A stretch of DNA of 62,597 nucleotides, filler included, from Stramenopiles sp. TOSAG23-3 (GCA_900128585.1; 23 parts of 23 records of this genome joined end to end with filler, not necessarily neighbours in it), one strand, 5' to 3'. Counted from the whole stretch's first letter, positions 30,102 through 43,530 are shown. Numbers and translations are program-made. Notes: a model not told the origin generated them from the sequence alone.

Positions 30102-32731
30102 CAACAGCAAATTTATATGCAGCAGGCGGCGTTTGCGCATCAGCAACAACAACTGTTTGCAGCGCAACACGGTGGTATGCCGCCGCGCGGAGGTTGGAAC
30201 CAGGGGATGGTATACGGGGCCCAGCCGTTTGTGCCGCAACAAGGGTATGCCAACCGGGGCACCGGAAACCCCGCCACACTCTGGACGCACGAAGCCGCGA
30301 AGCCATCGGTCAATGCAAATACCGCGCAACCAACCAGCACTACTACTACCCCCAAGCCCCCTGTGCGGGAACGAAAGCCTTTGGAAATCAAAGACAAGGA
30401 TGGGAACCCGATCGTCATCGTATCGAAGCAGACCCCGAAGGAGCCCGAAGCGCCCGAAGCATCGGGGGCTAGTGCAGACGTCGCCAAACTTGCGAGTGCT
30501 GTCGAAGCCGTGTCTATTTCTGAGGATACTAGCATCGAAAAAATCACGAAAGAGAAGGCTCCAAAAAACACATATACCGTTGATGAGCTGCGCGCGTTGA
30601 AGGAAAAGGCGCTCGCGCTCTCTGAACGGCCGAAATTCCTGGTAGACTTAAAGTTCGACGTGGACAACCGACGGTTTCGAGGGATGGGTGGAGGCGGGTA
30701 TCACAACAATCGCCACGGTGGTGGTAGGCGTGGGGCAGGTTCCCTTTACTCAAACACTGGGGGCCCGTCGAGTGCCTTCGCCGCAGCAAACACCCGCAAA
30801 GTTGGATCTAGTCGCCCGAAATCGGAATGGGTCCGAGGGCAAGCTCAACCGAAAGCGAAAGAGGTGGACGATCAGAAACGTCGCCAGAAGGAAGAACAAG
30901 AGAAGGCATTTGCAAGTTTTAGGGAAGGCCGCCAGCTAGCATTGGGGCAGAAAGAAACGTGGTCAAAGAAAGAGGTGGTTGACCCCGTAGAAAAGGCCAA
31001 GACCCAGGCGCAAAGTCTTTTGAACAAATTGACTAAAGATAAGTTTGAGAAAATATTTCTTCGCTTCAAGGAAGAGATTGATTTCAGGGCAGGTGAAAAA
31101 ATAGTAGAGGCAGTCGTTGACAAAATTTTCGACAAAGCCCTGGGAGAGCATTACTTCAGTGACATTTATGCACAGCTGAGCCAGAGATTTTCAAAGGAGT
31201 ATCTGAAAGTTGTAAAAAAGGATGGGAAGTTTTTCATTTCATTCACGTTCGGGGAACCTTTGGCCGGCGATCCCGATAACGGTGGCGCACCCTTTGAAAC
31301 GGAGGAAAGTGCACGACGGGCGGGGAAGAAGCTGAACTGGTTCAGAAAGGTGCTCTTGAACAAATGCTCGGCGGAATTCCAAAAGGGGCAGACGCAAGGG
31401 CTAGTCCAAGACGAAATTAATAAGCTGAAACAGGACACAACGCTGAGCGCGGATGACAAGAAGGTCAGAATATTCCAAGCCCAACAACGCCGGAAGGATA
31501 TCAAAAAGCGCTCGATAGGGAACATCCTCTTCATTGGCTGGTTGTACACCCGGCAGATGCTCACTGACAGCATCATGCACGAGTGCATCAAATCGTTGTT
31601 GCAAACTAACTCTGGGGCCCAAAATCAGCTTCCACAGCCAGACGAAGAAAACCTTGAAGCTTTGTGCAAGCTCTTTGAAACGATCGGGAAGTTATTAGAA
31701 GACAAGAAAATGCAGGGGAAGAAGTACGAAAAGTCTATGCAAAAGATGAACATGTACTTTGTCGTGCTGGAGGGAGTGACGAAACAGTCAAGTATTTCCA
31801 ACCGTGTCAAATTCATGGTACTGGACCTGATCGAATTGAGGCGGAACAACTGGCGCCCAAGGCGAAAGAAAGAGACCGCGAAGACAAAGGAACAAGTTAG
31901 GGAGGAGGCGATGAAAGAAGCAGCAATAGCCCAGGCGCAAGCTCAACGCAACAACAATAACTCCGGTGGCCAGCGGTACCAGGATAACCGAAACAACAAC
32001 AGGGGCGGTGGTAGGCGGGACGCGAACGGGCGAAATGGGCAGCAGTTCCGAGGCAACAAGGGCGACGCGCGCAACAATATTCGTCCTCCCCCCGTGCAAG
32101 AATTCAAGAATTTAAAGTTCCCGGGAAGAGGTGGGGTCGGCGGCAGGCCTGGGGGAAACATGGGCAGGCCTGGGGGAAACATGGGTAGACCTGGCGGAAA
32201 CATGGGTAGGCCGGGGGGGAACATGGGCCGCCCTGGAGGAAATATGGGGAGAATGCGCCCCCAGTTTTCCGCAAACTCGAATGCGAGAAAGGGTAGTCAG
32301 CAGCCGGAAAATTCGTCGTCAATGAACAATGCCGGGAAACAGCCAAGGTCTTCCGAACCCAGCATGCCCCCGGAGAAAGTGAAGGCATCCCTGAAGAGTA
32401 CAGTGAAAGAGTACATCAGCATCGAAGATATCGGCGAGGCGAAAGCATGCATACATGATTTGCCGCCCAATTCAAATAGAGAGACTTTTTTGATTGAAGT
32501 TTGCGCCGATATTATTGTTGACGAGCGCGAGGCTAGTCGCAAGAAAGTATTCTCAATGATAAAGAAACTTGCAGAAGAAAAAGTTATCAAAGATCGCAAC
32601 ATTGTGGAGGGTTTGAAGCCAATTTTTGAGTTTTTAGATGATATCCTCATTGACGTTCCTCGTGCAGGTGAGTGGTTTGGACAACTAATTGGCTCGGCTG
32701 TCTCTGGTGGCGTACCAGATGCCATCGTAAA
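30102..32731 (+). CDS. EIF4G: Eukaryotic translation initiation factor 4G, partial at both ends
   Basis: eIF4E-binding YTVDELR; MIF4G (LLNKLT..F, IFDKAL, GNILFIGWLY, RVKFMVLDLIELR); MA3 (KEYISIEDIGEA); 5x GGNMGR(P). Confidence 0.93.
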
Positions 32732-32831
32732 NNNNNNNNNNNNNNNNNNNNNNNNNNNNNNNNNNNNNNNNNNNNTTAATTAATTAANNNNNNNNNNNNN
32801 NNNNNNNNNNNNNNNNNNNNNNNNNNNNNNN

Positions 32832-35461
32832 TTTTTTTTTTTTTTTTTTTTTTTTTTTGATTTTTGTATTTTATTTGAAATTCTAATAAAGATAATAATT
32901 TTATTATTAAAAAATTATTTGGTTTTTGATATTGAATTTGTAAAAATAAAAAAAACTAAAAACGGTATAGATACCTTCTCTCAAGTACAAAAAATACCTA
33001 ATCTGACCTATCAAATATATCAAACACTACAAATCTACTCAGTATATGAAAAGGACTATATTAAGTATAAATATAATTCTAATAATAGGAAATGAAAAAC
33101 AGAAAACATGGCAGAAAAACACAATTTTCATAAGTAAAATGTTGAAAGGCGCCTGTCCATGCTAATTTCTACATGCTATTTCCATATATTAAAAAAACTT
33201 CATAGGGAAAATTATCATTACTATAGAAAATAACAAAAAATCTCCATACTATAGTTTTAAGTACTCTAACAAAATTATGTAAATTAGACTACAAAAGTTA
33301 TACTACATTTCTATAACACCTCAAACATGAATATTTTTGCCAATTTTATTTTCATTTTGAGAACTTCCGCCAAAGTGGGTACAAAAATTGAGAAATTTCA
33401 TCAGATATATAAAAATTGCATTATGTTTCTAAACATCATTCCCAACATTTACAAGTCATATAAACCACCATATCCGTACTTTATATATATAACTTGTATC
33501 TCTAAACTCCAACCAAAATAAATATAACATTTACATGAAACGCTAGACCCAAAGTGAATTTTCACTAAAAAATGCCCATTTTTTGACACTTTTATTAAGG
33601 TTTTACAAGCCTATTCCATAGTAAGGGTACTTTGACATGCAATTGAAACGTCGTTAGTAAAGTATGTTCCTGTCACTCAGTTGTCATCAACTTACTCTTA
33701 AGTTTGATTCTATACATGTATGAATAAGAATCGAACCTACTTTTGTATTAATATTTTCATTGACTCGAAATATATTGTGTCAACTGTACCCCATTTTGCA
33801 TGATATTCTCATGTGGCTGAAAAAGGCCAAGAATTCCAAGTCGATTTTGAATCACAACAATTCTAAATGGACCTAGAAATCTTCATTTTGAACATGCAAT
33901 ATAAAAAATTTTGATAAAATGTCGTAGATTCTATATCGTAGGTGATATATTTAACTTTTCTCCGAGAGTTTACATGTAGAATTATGTTTTTAAAGAAAAG
34001 TGCTGAGAATTTTTTTTAAATCGTACGTTAGCATGGAGTTAGTATTAGAGCACTTTTCATCGAAATGGTGAAAATCATGAAAGGTTGAAAAATTTCATTG
34101 AAGATATTCAAATTAGACCTTGAAACGTTGCATATCCGTCATTTATTACGTATACATTGACTGTAGGTCGTGGTCTGGGGAGTTTCACAGCAGAACCATG
34201 CTTACTAAAAATATCGTGCATTTTGATCATTTACGTTAGGGTTAGAGATGCTAGCATTACTTAGCATTGCGGGGTCATACCCGTACATGACGGGACCTCT
34301 CACTCTATTTTTCAACACCAACATACACTCACACGAATGCCATTTCTACACTTTTCCATTATATACAAAGCTGAAACCAATACCTAAAAGTCGTATACTG
34401 ATCACCTGAACAATCCCCGACCGTTCTCTTGTCCATACATCACATATAAGTCGAGCTTTACACCGATATGTGATTTTCAAGATCGGGTTAGTTTAGGGTT
34501 ATAGACCAAAAAATCACCAAAATATTGAAAAATTCTCAGAAATATCACCAAAATACAATGTGTCGATTTTTTCTATCTAAATCTTCTACAAATTAATTCG
34601 AAATAAGACACATCTCTCAATACATGTCTAAAGGAAAGAAGTGCATGAATATTTTGATCTAATTATGTTTTAAATGAAACTGACAAGGGAACGAAGTTTT
34701 TTCAAAATGGTGATTTTTTTACAAATTAGTATGGACATAGGCTTGACTAAAAATGAAAAATTTGAAAATTACAAAAGGTAGTTTATTGTGTACACAGATA
34801 CATAACATTAGTAAAATAAGTACCCACGATCAATTTTGATATACTTGGCAATAAACATACGAGGTTTATCAATATTATTGTATCTACTTCACATTTGAAT
34901 AACCGTTGAAAGTTGAAAAAAACGCGTAACCCTATAGCTGTAACACTACTTGATAGGTGGTTTTCGCATGTAGTGTCGGCTCTTTCTCACATTGTTTAGT
35001 ACAAAAATATTATACTGAATGTTTCATAGGTTTCAATTATCCAAAAACGATATTTACAATTATGTGTAAAAAGTGAATTTCCATCTAAAATATGATATTT
35101 TGTATGATTTCATATGAATGGTATTTATATGTAATTTATAGAAGATGGTGAAATTGTTAAAATGACGATGTAATTTTTACATGTTTTTTGTGTTTTTAAA
35201 AATGGATATTTTTATAATTTAATGATTTTAATGAATTTTATACTTTATTTTCGTCATTTCTGTAAATTAATAATTTATTTAAGTACAAATTTTAATGTAA
35301 AAATTCGATGCTTAAAATTCTGCTATCCCTAATTTCTGAAAACGTGAAATGTCAAAATTATTTAGTCAATTGATAGGAAAAATGGTATACTAGTGGAGCC
35401 TAAGTTTAAAAAGGTATTTTCAATGTTTTTCCTTTGTTTTCATGTAATGAAATGAAAAATC
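32832..35461. other. AT-rich non-coding contig with no credible ORF
   Basis: Only one spurious 64-aa ORF; starts with T27; many short A/T tracts. Confidence 0.8.
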
Positions 35462-35925
35462 NNNNNNNNNNNNNNNNNNNNNNNNNNNNNNNNNNNNNNN
35501 NNNNNTTAATTAATTAANNNNNNNNNNNNNNNNNNNNNNNNNNNNNNNNNNNNNNNNNNNNATATGCTCTGTGCTGTGTGTATATATAAGAGGGGTAAGA
35601 TTATATATTACTTAAATCACTTTTTTTTTAAAATTCTTCTTCTTCTCTTCTTCTTCTCTCGTACACTTTTTTTTTTATTTTTTTTAAATAAAATTTTTTT
35701 TTATTAATTACTTTTTTTTTATTGTTGTTTTGTTGTTTTGTTGTTGGGGTAGGTATGATTAAAATAAATATGTATATGTATATATGTATATGACAACAAA
35801 CAATTGTATAGATTTTTTCCAAGTTATTAAAACTAGTCATCTGGGCGATTTATTATTGTCAATTGTATCTTGACGTTTCGATTATCGGTTTGAAGAAATA
35901 TCTGTAAAAAATATAGTGTGAAAGG

Positions 35926-36837
35926 ATGTTGGCGTTCGATGAGCAAGCGACAAGGTTGGTTTTGAAACGGGTTCTCATGAAGACCCCGGGGGCTGTGGCA
36001 AGGAACGTGTCTGGGAAAGCCAGGCGCGCAAAGAAGAAGATCAAGGGGTCCAACAAGAAAATGCCCCAACCAAGTCAAGGGGAAAAGATGCGGGTGCTCT
36101 GCCTGCACGGATACGAACAAAACACGGAAAGTTTCAGAAAGAAAACGGGGTCTCTTCGGCGTGCGGGGAAAAAACACGTGGAAGAATTTTATTTTCTGCA
36201 AGGGCCGCACAAAGCTCTGCAGCGGGATGGAGCGGACGCCGGGGAAACCCCAGAAGCGTATGCGTGGTACTTGCCCCAGCAAAGCGACGCTGGCGGCAAT
36301 GCGTTTTTTGAGGACGACAGCCAACCGCAAGAATCGTCACGGAGCTGGTCGTTGCCGTTGGATTGCGACACGTGGAACGCGTCTCTCGGGTACATTGGCA
36401 AATGTTTTCAGGACCATGGGCCGTTTGACGGGGTGTTAGGGTTTTCGCAAGGTGCTGCCATGGCGGCCGCCCTGTGCCGTTTGCAACAGGGCGGGGCAGA
36501 CACGGCCCCGTTAAACGCGATCTCTTTCCGTTTTGTTTGTCTACTTAGTGGTTTTTGCCCGTCGCACGGATTGTCCTTGGATGCCCCGAAAGGATCCGCA
36601 ACGCCTCTAACGATTCCCTCCCTCCACATTGGTGGGGCAGCCGACGAAATCATTCGTCCTGAGCGAAGCAAGGGTTTGGCGATGGATCATTTTGACGTGG
36701 ACACGGCGGTTGATACACAAGTGTTAGCAGGGGGGAAGAAGAGCGCCTTTATTGTGCACTCGGGCGGCCACCTTGTCCCTAGTGAAAAGCACATAAGGGA
36801 CCAGTTCAAAGAGTTCCTAGGCAACCAACGACTTTAA
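35926..36837 (+). CDS. FSH1/OVCA2-family serine hydrolase
   Basis: RVLCLHGYEQN, GPFDGVLGFSQGA, PSLHIGGAADEII, HSGGHLVP. Confidence 0.9.
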   Translation: MLAFDEQATRLVLKRVLMKTPGAVARNVSGKARRAKKKIKGSNKKMPQPSQGEKMRVLCLHGYEQNTESFRKKTGSLRRAGKKHVEEFYFLQGPHKALQRDGADAGETPEAYAWYLPQQSDAGGNAFFEDDSQPQESSRSWSLPLDCDTWNASLGYIGKCFQDHGPFDGVLGFSQGAAMAAALCRLQQGGADTAPLNAISFRFVCLLSGFCPSHGLSLDAPKGSATPLTIPSLHIGGAADEIIRPERSKGLAMDHFDVDTAVDTQVLAGGKKSAFIVHSGGHLVPSEKHIRDQFKEFLGNQRL

Positions 36838-37438
36838 CTATTTACTTCGTACTTTATAAGATTTAATAAGAATATGAAACATTTATCATCCTCATATATA
36901 TTAATTATTCCTTATAAATTATATGTCATGCATCATAGTTATAATTTATAATCCCAAGGTAATAAAAGTAGAAGAGAAAAAATAACGATCGATCATCGCA
37001 ACGATAAATATGGCAAAATAGGATAGGATCACACACAGAAATTAATGCAATTTTATCATTTATCACATCATCAACACAGCATACCGGTACGTACAGAGGA
37101 AGAAATGGCCATTTAAAATGAATAATTATTGGATAGATACTATATCTGACGGCCGATCTCGATCTCATGAACAGATTTAGAAAAAACAAACCAAAATGCG
37201 TAGAATATTTGGTAACAATTAAAAAAACAACCTAATTCAATTTTATCTAAATTAAAAAATCAAAAGCGGAAGGATCAAGAAAATGAATGCCCTCGAGTTA
37301 AGAGACCTACATGGTAAGTATCACACTCTTGGGATGTTGTTTAAAGGTATTCATAACGTTTTAGATGAAATGTATCTGGGGGTGTAGCTACCCAATAAAA
37401 ATTTTGCATTCGGGGCTACCAACAGTAAGCAATATACA

Positions 37439-38134
37439 CTAAAAGAAGAGGACGGACAAATTATTGTCTTTTCGAATAATTTCAACGCCGTAATACTTTT
37501 TCTGTTTAAATAGATCAAGTTCATGATCATTCGCGTATACCATGATCGATTTTTGTTTCTTGAAACTCGCAAGATTGTTATCAATAAACCTTTCCAATGT
37601 ATCTCTCCCGAAAGGATTAAACAGAAACATAAGAACTTTGCTGTCAAATTTAATAGTCCGCGCATCCCCTTGAAAAAATTCGATATTATTACCCTCCTCA
37701 TGACCTTTCACATTTTGATATCGCTGATAGTTTAACTTGGACTGTTCCACAAAATCTTGCGAATAATCAAAACCTAGACTGTTGTTTGCAAACAAACCGC
37801 TTGCAGCACCAAAGATCGTGGATATGCCTGAACCACAACCAACGTCAACAAAACGGTATTGTTTCAGTTTGGCGAGCCCCAAGCGTTCTTTTGCCACAGC
37901 AACCCCCCGCTTAATATTTAGTAAATAGGCTAACTGGTTTGAGTGACCATCCTTTGGATCCGCCATATTAAATTCTTTTGGGGTTACTACTGGCGGCGGT
38001 TTTAATCCGTTCTCACTCAACCATTTTCTATTGAAAGCTTCATTTTTTTCGGTGAATTCTCTACTAGGTTTCTGGTGCTCATACGTTGCAGTGCTTTTCT
38101 GTTTCTTAAAAAAGGGTCTTGTCACTGTCCCCAA
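37439..38134 (-). CDS. Class I SAM-dependent methyltransferase, probably 5' partial
   Basis: FVDVGCGSG motif I, GFDYS, FFQGDA, FLFNPFG. Confidence 0.8.
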   Translation of the reverse strand: MGTVTRPFFKKQKSTATYEHQKPSREFTEKNEAFNRKWLSENGLKPPPVVTPKEFNMADPKDGHSNQLAYLLNIKRGVAVAKERLGLAKLKQYRFVDVGCGSGISTIFGAASGLFANNSLGFDYSQDFVEQSKLNYQRYQNVKGHEEGNNIEFFQGDARTIKFDSKVLMFLFNPFGRDTLERFIDNNLASFKKQKSIMVYANDHELDLFKQKKYYGVEIIRKDNNLSVLFF

Positions 38135-38351
38135 TTGTTTTCTATCAAAAATTATTTGCCTACTACGGTAGAGAAAGCAAAGGAANNNNNNNNNNNNNNN
38201 NNNNNNNNNNNNNNNNNNNNNNNNNNNNNTTAATTAATTAANNNNNNNNNNNNNNNNNNNNNNNNNNNNNNNNNNNNNNNNNNNNGAATTATTATAGCCA
38301 TTATCGTACAGGGTTATGAGAACAATTAAAATTGTAGTAGCGTAGTAATGT

Positions 38352-40460
38352 TTATATCAGTAATGTTTTTATCGGAGCTTCAGATATTGCAACAGCCGGT
38401 GCTGAAGACTCTGGCGTACGCTTGAAAATTCTCTTAATGGCTGCAGATATTCCCAAAGAACGAACAGGCTGAGATTTGTACCTTTTTGTAGACTGAACGA
38501 TTTTCTCCCCTACTAAAAAGTATTTATCTGCCATCTGTATATTTTCTGCTGACATGCTTGGAGATATTTTGAAATCTCGCTTAAAATTAATATTTGGATA
38601 GGATGCCTTTACAGCTTTTTCCACTTTCCTCATTAGACGACGATAATTTCTGAACTTTCCCCAGTCTGATTTGCGAAGCTCCCATGTTCCCACAAACTGA
38701 AGGGGAGGGATATTATTTTCGGCATCCCCAAATAACCAATAAGACCACCCTTGTTTAAACTTCATTTTTGGTAACCTATATGACGTGGCTACTCGTTGAC
38801 TACCACGCCTTAAGTTTCCATCAAACAGTATGGACCCCATGTTCTCGCCCGTGTCGCTGTAGCGATTACGTACCATTTTTGATAGGGATGTTACTGCATC
38901 TTGTAGTGGTGCAATCGTTTTGTTCATCCAGTCCCTTGTAACATTTGGCTGCGCCAAAGAATGTTCCTGGAACGCCTTATCAATCGCCTCTTTTACTGCT
39001 GTGTCCATGCTCCTGATTTCACGTAGTACCATGATGTGTGGTGGTATTCCTGTTGGGGTCATCATGTCAGAGGAAAACGAGTCAGGATTCAATGCAAGTT
39101 GCAGTGAAGGTATCGTTGAAGGATTCCGAAATAGCATAGATTGGAATATGCAATGATTTGACGGAAGAATAGATTTCATTTTTGGCGCATGGTAAACTAC
39201 GCTTGCCAAGCATTTATTTAATACTGCAATGAAAAGGGGCGTAGTACCGCTCAAATCAAACACTGATCTGGTTGATTGCAAAACAACGTCCTCGTCCTTA
39301 ACAAAGTGTGGCGGAAGAACAGAGAACGTCTGCTGATCAGGAGACAGCCCAGCTAGAATACGACCTAAGTACCTATCCTGTGCTCCGCCAACCGCAGCAA
39401 ACACAAAATACCTGTCTTTCACATTTCCTAGGCTATGCTCGGCCCTCATGCATGTTGCGGCAAAACTTGGGCATGCTGTAGTCCCAGACTGACTATACGA
39501 CCAAGCAGCCTTACGTAGTGAGTGGGACCCGATCATATCACTATTTTCCCACTTTAAGGCGTTTGCTGCGGTTTTTAATGCAGTGGTGAATACCTTATCC
39601 TCATATTGTCCTGGAAATATATAATTCTCCTCAGCCTTATTGAAAAGTAAATATACGCCAAGAGCAGTAACAGGGCAAATGCTAAAATCATATGGATTAC
39701 CGTATAAATGTTTTGCAAAGGTTGCGGTAGCGCTAGAACCATCAACATCCATTTTGGTGCCACTGAATTGTATTTGGAGTGAATCTCCACTGAATCGCAA
39801 CCTTGGAGCTGTCAAACCATTTATCTGATTAACCCTGCAGATCAGGTTGAATTCTAAAACACACATCGCCCAGTGTTTAATGTCACCGCGTGTCATAAAA
39901 AAGTGGCACAGCTGTTTGTACTGCGCAAACGATATCCCGTGACGGGCTGCAGATAATTTCCGGCCGCTTTTGATATCCAAAGTTTCTTGTCTTGCTATCC
40001 CCTTAATAATATCACTTATGGCAACATCATATTCCTCTGGGACCACTCTCTTTTGCCAGGTGAAAAATTTTTTGAACGCAGATCTGTACGAACCGTAGTA
40101 TCCTTTGGCGTAGTTCCCACCATTCTCTTTCACTTTGCTCGCGAGGAAGAGTTCAAACGCCGAATAGCCAGTGCTGATTATCTTGTTTAGATTCAGTTCT
40201 GCAATGTGTTTTCGATCATCGCTCAAATTATTTTCACGAATAATATTTGCTTGTTGCCTTGAAGTATTTAATATTCCAGGTACGTTAGCTTTGGCCCACG
40301 TTAGAAATTCTTTGTGCTTCGGAATGTAATTAGACTCCGTTCCAGCCCCTATATCTCCGTCTTTCCAACGTTGTAGACGCTGATGAACAACACTCCAGTT
40401 GCTCACCTGTGCTACATTTGGAGACTTCTTCCTTCTGGTTTTTTTTGTTACAGATGGCAT
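38352..40460 (-). mobile_element. Crypton (CryptonS-like) tyrosine-recombinase transposon ORF, 702 aa
   Basis: R (NLICRVN), K (GTKMD), HxxR (GSHSLRK), H (RAEHS), Y (KDRY); KHLYGNP...CPVTALG, LAGL...FSVLPPHF, PTGIPPH; C-terminal W..W..GD...IPPL domain. Confidence 0.85.
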
Positions 40461-41010
40461 GATTACAGCTTTTCAAATACGTTTGTTCTTTCTTAGTGGA
40501 GTGTCCCTACGCTACGTATGGTGAACATACTGATCTTTAGTCGTAGATGAATAATAAAATTTTATTAATTAATAATATATTTTAGTTAGTACTAATACGT
40601 ACATCTCGACTTCCGGCTGCAAGAAGTAGTCAAAAGTTTGCTGGTTTCAGTACGTTCAACAGGACAGAGCATGAAGAAAAATAAAATAAAACCCTTTTTG
40701 TTCGTCGCGGTCGTCTGAAATCAGCACGGAGACAAATAAAAGAAAAAAAAGTAATGATGATGATGATTTTACTTTAGATAGTCTCCTTATTTTTCCTATG
40801 AATGAGTGGATGCCGTGCTGCCGTTGAATATTTTTCCTTGTAGTTAATTTGTTGTTCTTCCACATTTATGAACTCTTGTGGTGACTACACAAAGGAATGC
40901 GTAATGCTNNNNNNNNNNNNNNNNNNNNNNNNNNNNNNNNNNNNNNNNNNNNTTAATTAATTAANNNNNNNNNNNNNNNNNNNNNNNNNNNNNNNNNNNN
41001 NNNNNNNNAA

Positions 41011-41244
41011 TTCCATTGCCATATGGAGCAGCACATACCACTTGGTATGATTATGGCGTTGAATGTACTCCCGAGCCAACAGCCGCCGATCCCTGAAAAT
41101 GTCCCGACCGAGGGACCTTGCCCCGTTTGGTCGTCAAAAAAAAATGCGACGACGGATTCGGCACAGGCGTCCGAGATCAATCGGCTCCGTGAAGAAGTCA
41201 AACAGTTGAAGCAGGAGTTAAATGGAAAGTGTGAAAAACAATAA
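41011..41244 (+). CDS. Multicopper oxidase C-terminal fragment
   Basis: Extending the ORF to the contig edge gives FHCHMEQHIPLGM, the HCHxxxHxxxxM type-1/type-3 Cu motif. Confidence 0.8.
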   Translation, partial: FHCHMEQHIPLGMIMALNVLPSQQPPIPENVPTEGPCPVWSSKKNATTDSAQASEINRLREEVKQLKQELNGKCEKQ

Positions 41245-41472
41245 TTTCATCTTCCTTAAACACTGCACATTTGCAGGAAAGAAATGCATTTGTTCGCATG
41301 GATTATGAGTAAAAACTAAACCTAAATTACAGTGTGCTTTTTTAAAGATTTTAATTTTTTTTTAACTTGGATAAACGGGGTCACAATAATTCCATTAAAA
41401 AAAAATGTGTGTCACTCTTTTTAAGTTTTCTTGCGTATCTTTTAGTAGTGACCCAAATGCACAATTGGTACG

Positions 41473-41871
41473 TTATGGGCATACACTACCAGACACTGGT
41501 TTCATTTTTAATTTCCCGTATTTGTTTTTGCTCACGATATTTGTTCCGTCGAACGTGAAGGAAGGAAATCCAGTTTTGTACGTTGTCGACGCTTTTGTGA
41601 GGCAGTCAGTGGGGTCGTTTTGGATAGCAGTTAAGTTGAAATCGTTGTTGGCACTGTCCCACTCGAATTTTTCGCCGTAGCAATCGATGTGGATCTTTGC
41701 AACGTTGACGTCATTATGGTAATCAAAGGTATTGTTGCCATACACGGTCATGTTTTCCTTGATAATAAGGGGAAGTTTTCCGCAGAATAATCCAGTTGGT
41801 GGACCGTTGGTGCCCGCAGATACACTGCATGCCCAAGCAGCAACTGCAAAGAGAGGGATAGTTGTTTTCAT
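41473..41871 (-). CDS. Small secreted protein
   Basis: Signal peptide MKTTIPLFAVAAWACSVSA; 4 Cys in the mature part. Confidence 0.75.
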   Translation of the reverse strand: MKTTIPLFAVAAWACSVSAGTNGPPTGLFCGKLPLIIKENMTVYGNNTFDYHNDVNVAKIHIDCYGEKFEWDSANNDFNLTAIQNDPTDCLTKASTTYKTGFPSFTFDGTNIVSKNKYGKLKMKPVSGSVCP

Positions 41872-43530
41872 TTTGATGATAAAACGATATTTACGGTTTG
41901 GTTTTCTTATTGCTGTTTTTTTTTTCTTTTTTAAGTGTTCTAATTGTTTTTTGTTTTCTCCTTCTGTGTTTTTATCTTTCTTTTGACGTGTGAAAAGGGT
42001 TTTTTATTCATTTAGATTTATACCCCTTTTTTCCCTTTTTGTTTTTTTTGGGAGGACAAAATATCTTTCTTCCCCACCATTCTTCGCTGTGGTCCTGTAG
42101 TACCAAATTATAGTGGTTAATCTAAAGATCTAAAGAAGAAGATAGAAGAAGAATTGATGATCTTCTATCTTCTATTTCTGTATTAATTAACTTTAGTTAA
42201 TGTGTTACTGTAGTCGTCTACGAGGTAGTCGTCTAATAATTAATATTATACCAAATATAATCTGAGTGTGCTGTCACCTGTAATGTATCGGTAACTAAAC
42301 TTTTAACGTGATTCGGAGTTGGTATACAAAGAAAAATTAAGGAATAATGGAAATAAAGAATATATATATACAAGTAATAATTATATAGTATAAAGATAGA
42401 ATAATTAGATTAAATTTACTACGTTTTCATTATGTTTACAGTAGTAGTCTACCTTATTTAAATTATTGTCTTTTTTGTATTATTTTGGATAATTATCTTT
42501 TGGGAGGATCTCCCGCTTGATACTAAATTTTGAAAGCAGTATCTGTGGAGAGGATAAACTGTTTCGAATTGTGTAACGTTTGTAAATTAATTTTTAAGAT
42601 CTAAAAAACACTTTTTTTATGTACAGAAGTTCTATAATAATACTATAGCGCTATAATTAATAATACGGTACATGTAGTAATGGGGGGGCAGTGGAAGGAA
42701 GGAAGGAAAATACAATAAATAAATAAAAAAGAATGAATTAAAAAAAGAGGGGGGAGGAGAGACATTTAATGAAATTATTTAAATGTTTTAGTGGATGCTG
42801 TTTGCTGTGTTCGGTAGTAGGTATAAAGTAGTAAATAATAATAATCAACTATTTTCTTTTGAGTCTTTTTTTCCTCACTTATTATTCCATTTTTTAATAT
42901 ACTATTTCTATATAATACGACGAGCAACTTTGAAACAAAGAAAAGTGAGAAAAATCAGGAACAAATAAAAAGTGAATCTAAAAGAATTGCTTACATCGGA
43001 CGTATTGATAATTTGTAGTTCGGCCCTTTGTTACTTATTAATATACAATTTCTATTTTAAAGGAATTGTTTAAGCCATTAACGTTAAAGAAGTGAGAAAA
43101 AATAAGAATAAAAGGCAAATTCCAATATAAAAAAAACAAAGACATCAGCTGCGTCGTCAATTATTAACATAAAAATAGCATCAACTCAAATGATTCCAGA
43201 ACAAAAAAATGACAAAAACAAAGGATTTTTTCATAAAATCATTTTACCTATGTAGTATATGTACTTGTAGTATATTAGTATACAGAAGAAACCCCATCCT
43301 TTCTTCATGTGCCACTAATGCGGGGAGTACAAGACACACAGGTGGTACCCATACAATACATACCATACAGTCGAAGTTGCACGCACAACGTACTACACCT
43401 AACGACTGAACGAAGAGTTCGTACTCGTAGAAGCGAACAACAACTAAAACTCGCGCACAAAAGAATCAACAACTTCTCGAACAAACCAACAAAACCAAAT
43501 CAAATCACGACTTACACCACCCTAAGAACA

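Noticed and set aside
34236-34500. Telomere or telomerase-RNA template (TTAGGGTT words)
   Set aside because: Only isolated 1-1.5 unit matches, with no array and no supporting structure.
40517-40521. TATGG as a Crypton terminus
   Set aside because: It is a 5-mer only 57 bp from the ATG, with no partner visible at the other side before the contig ends.
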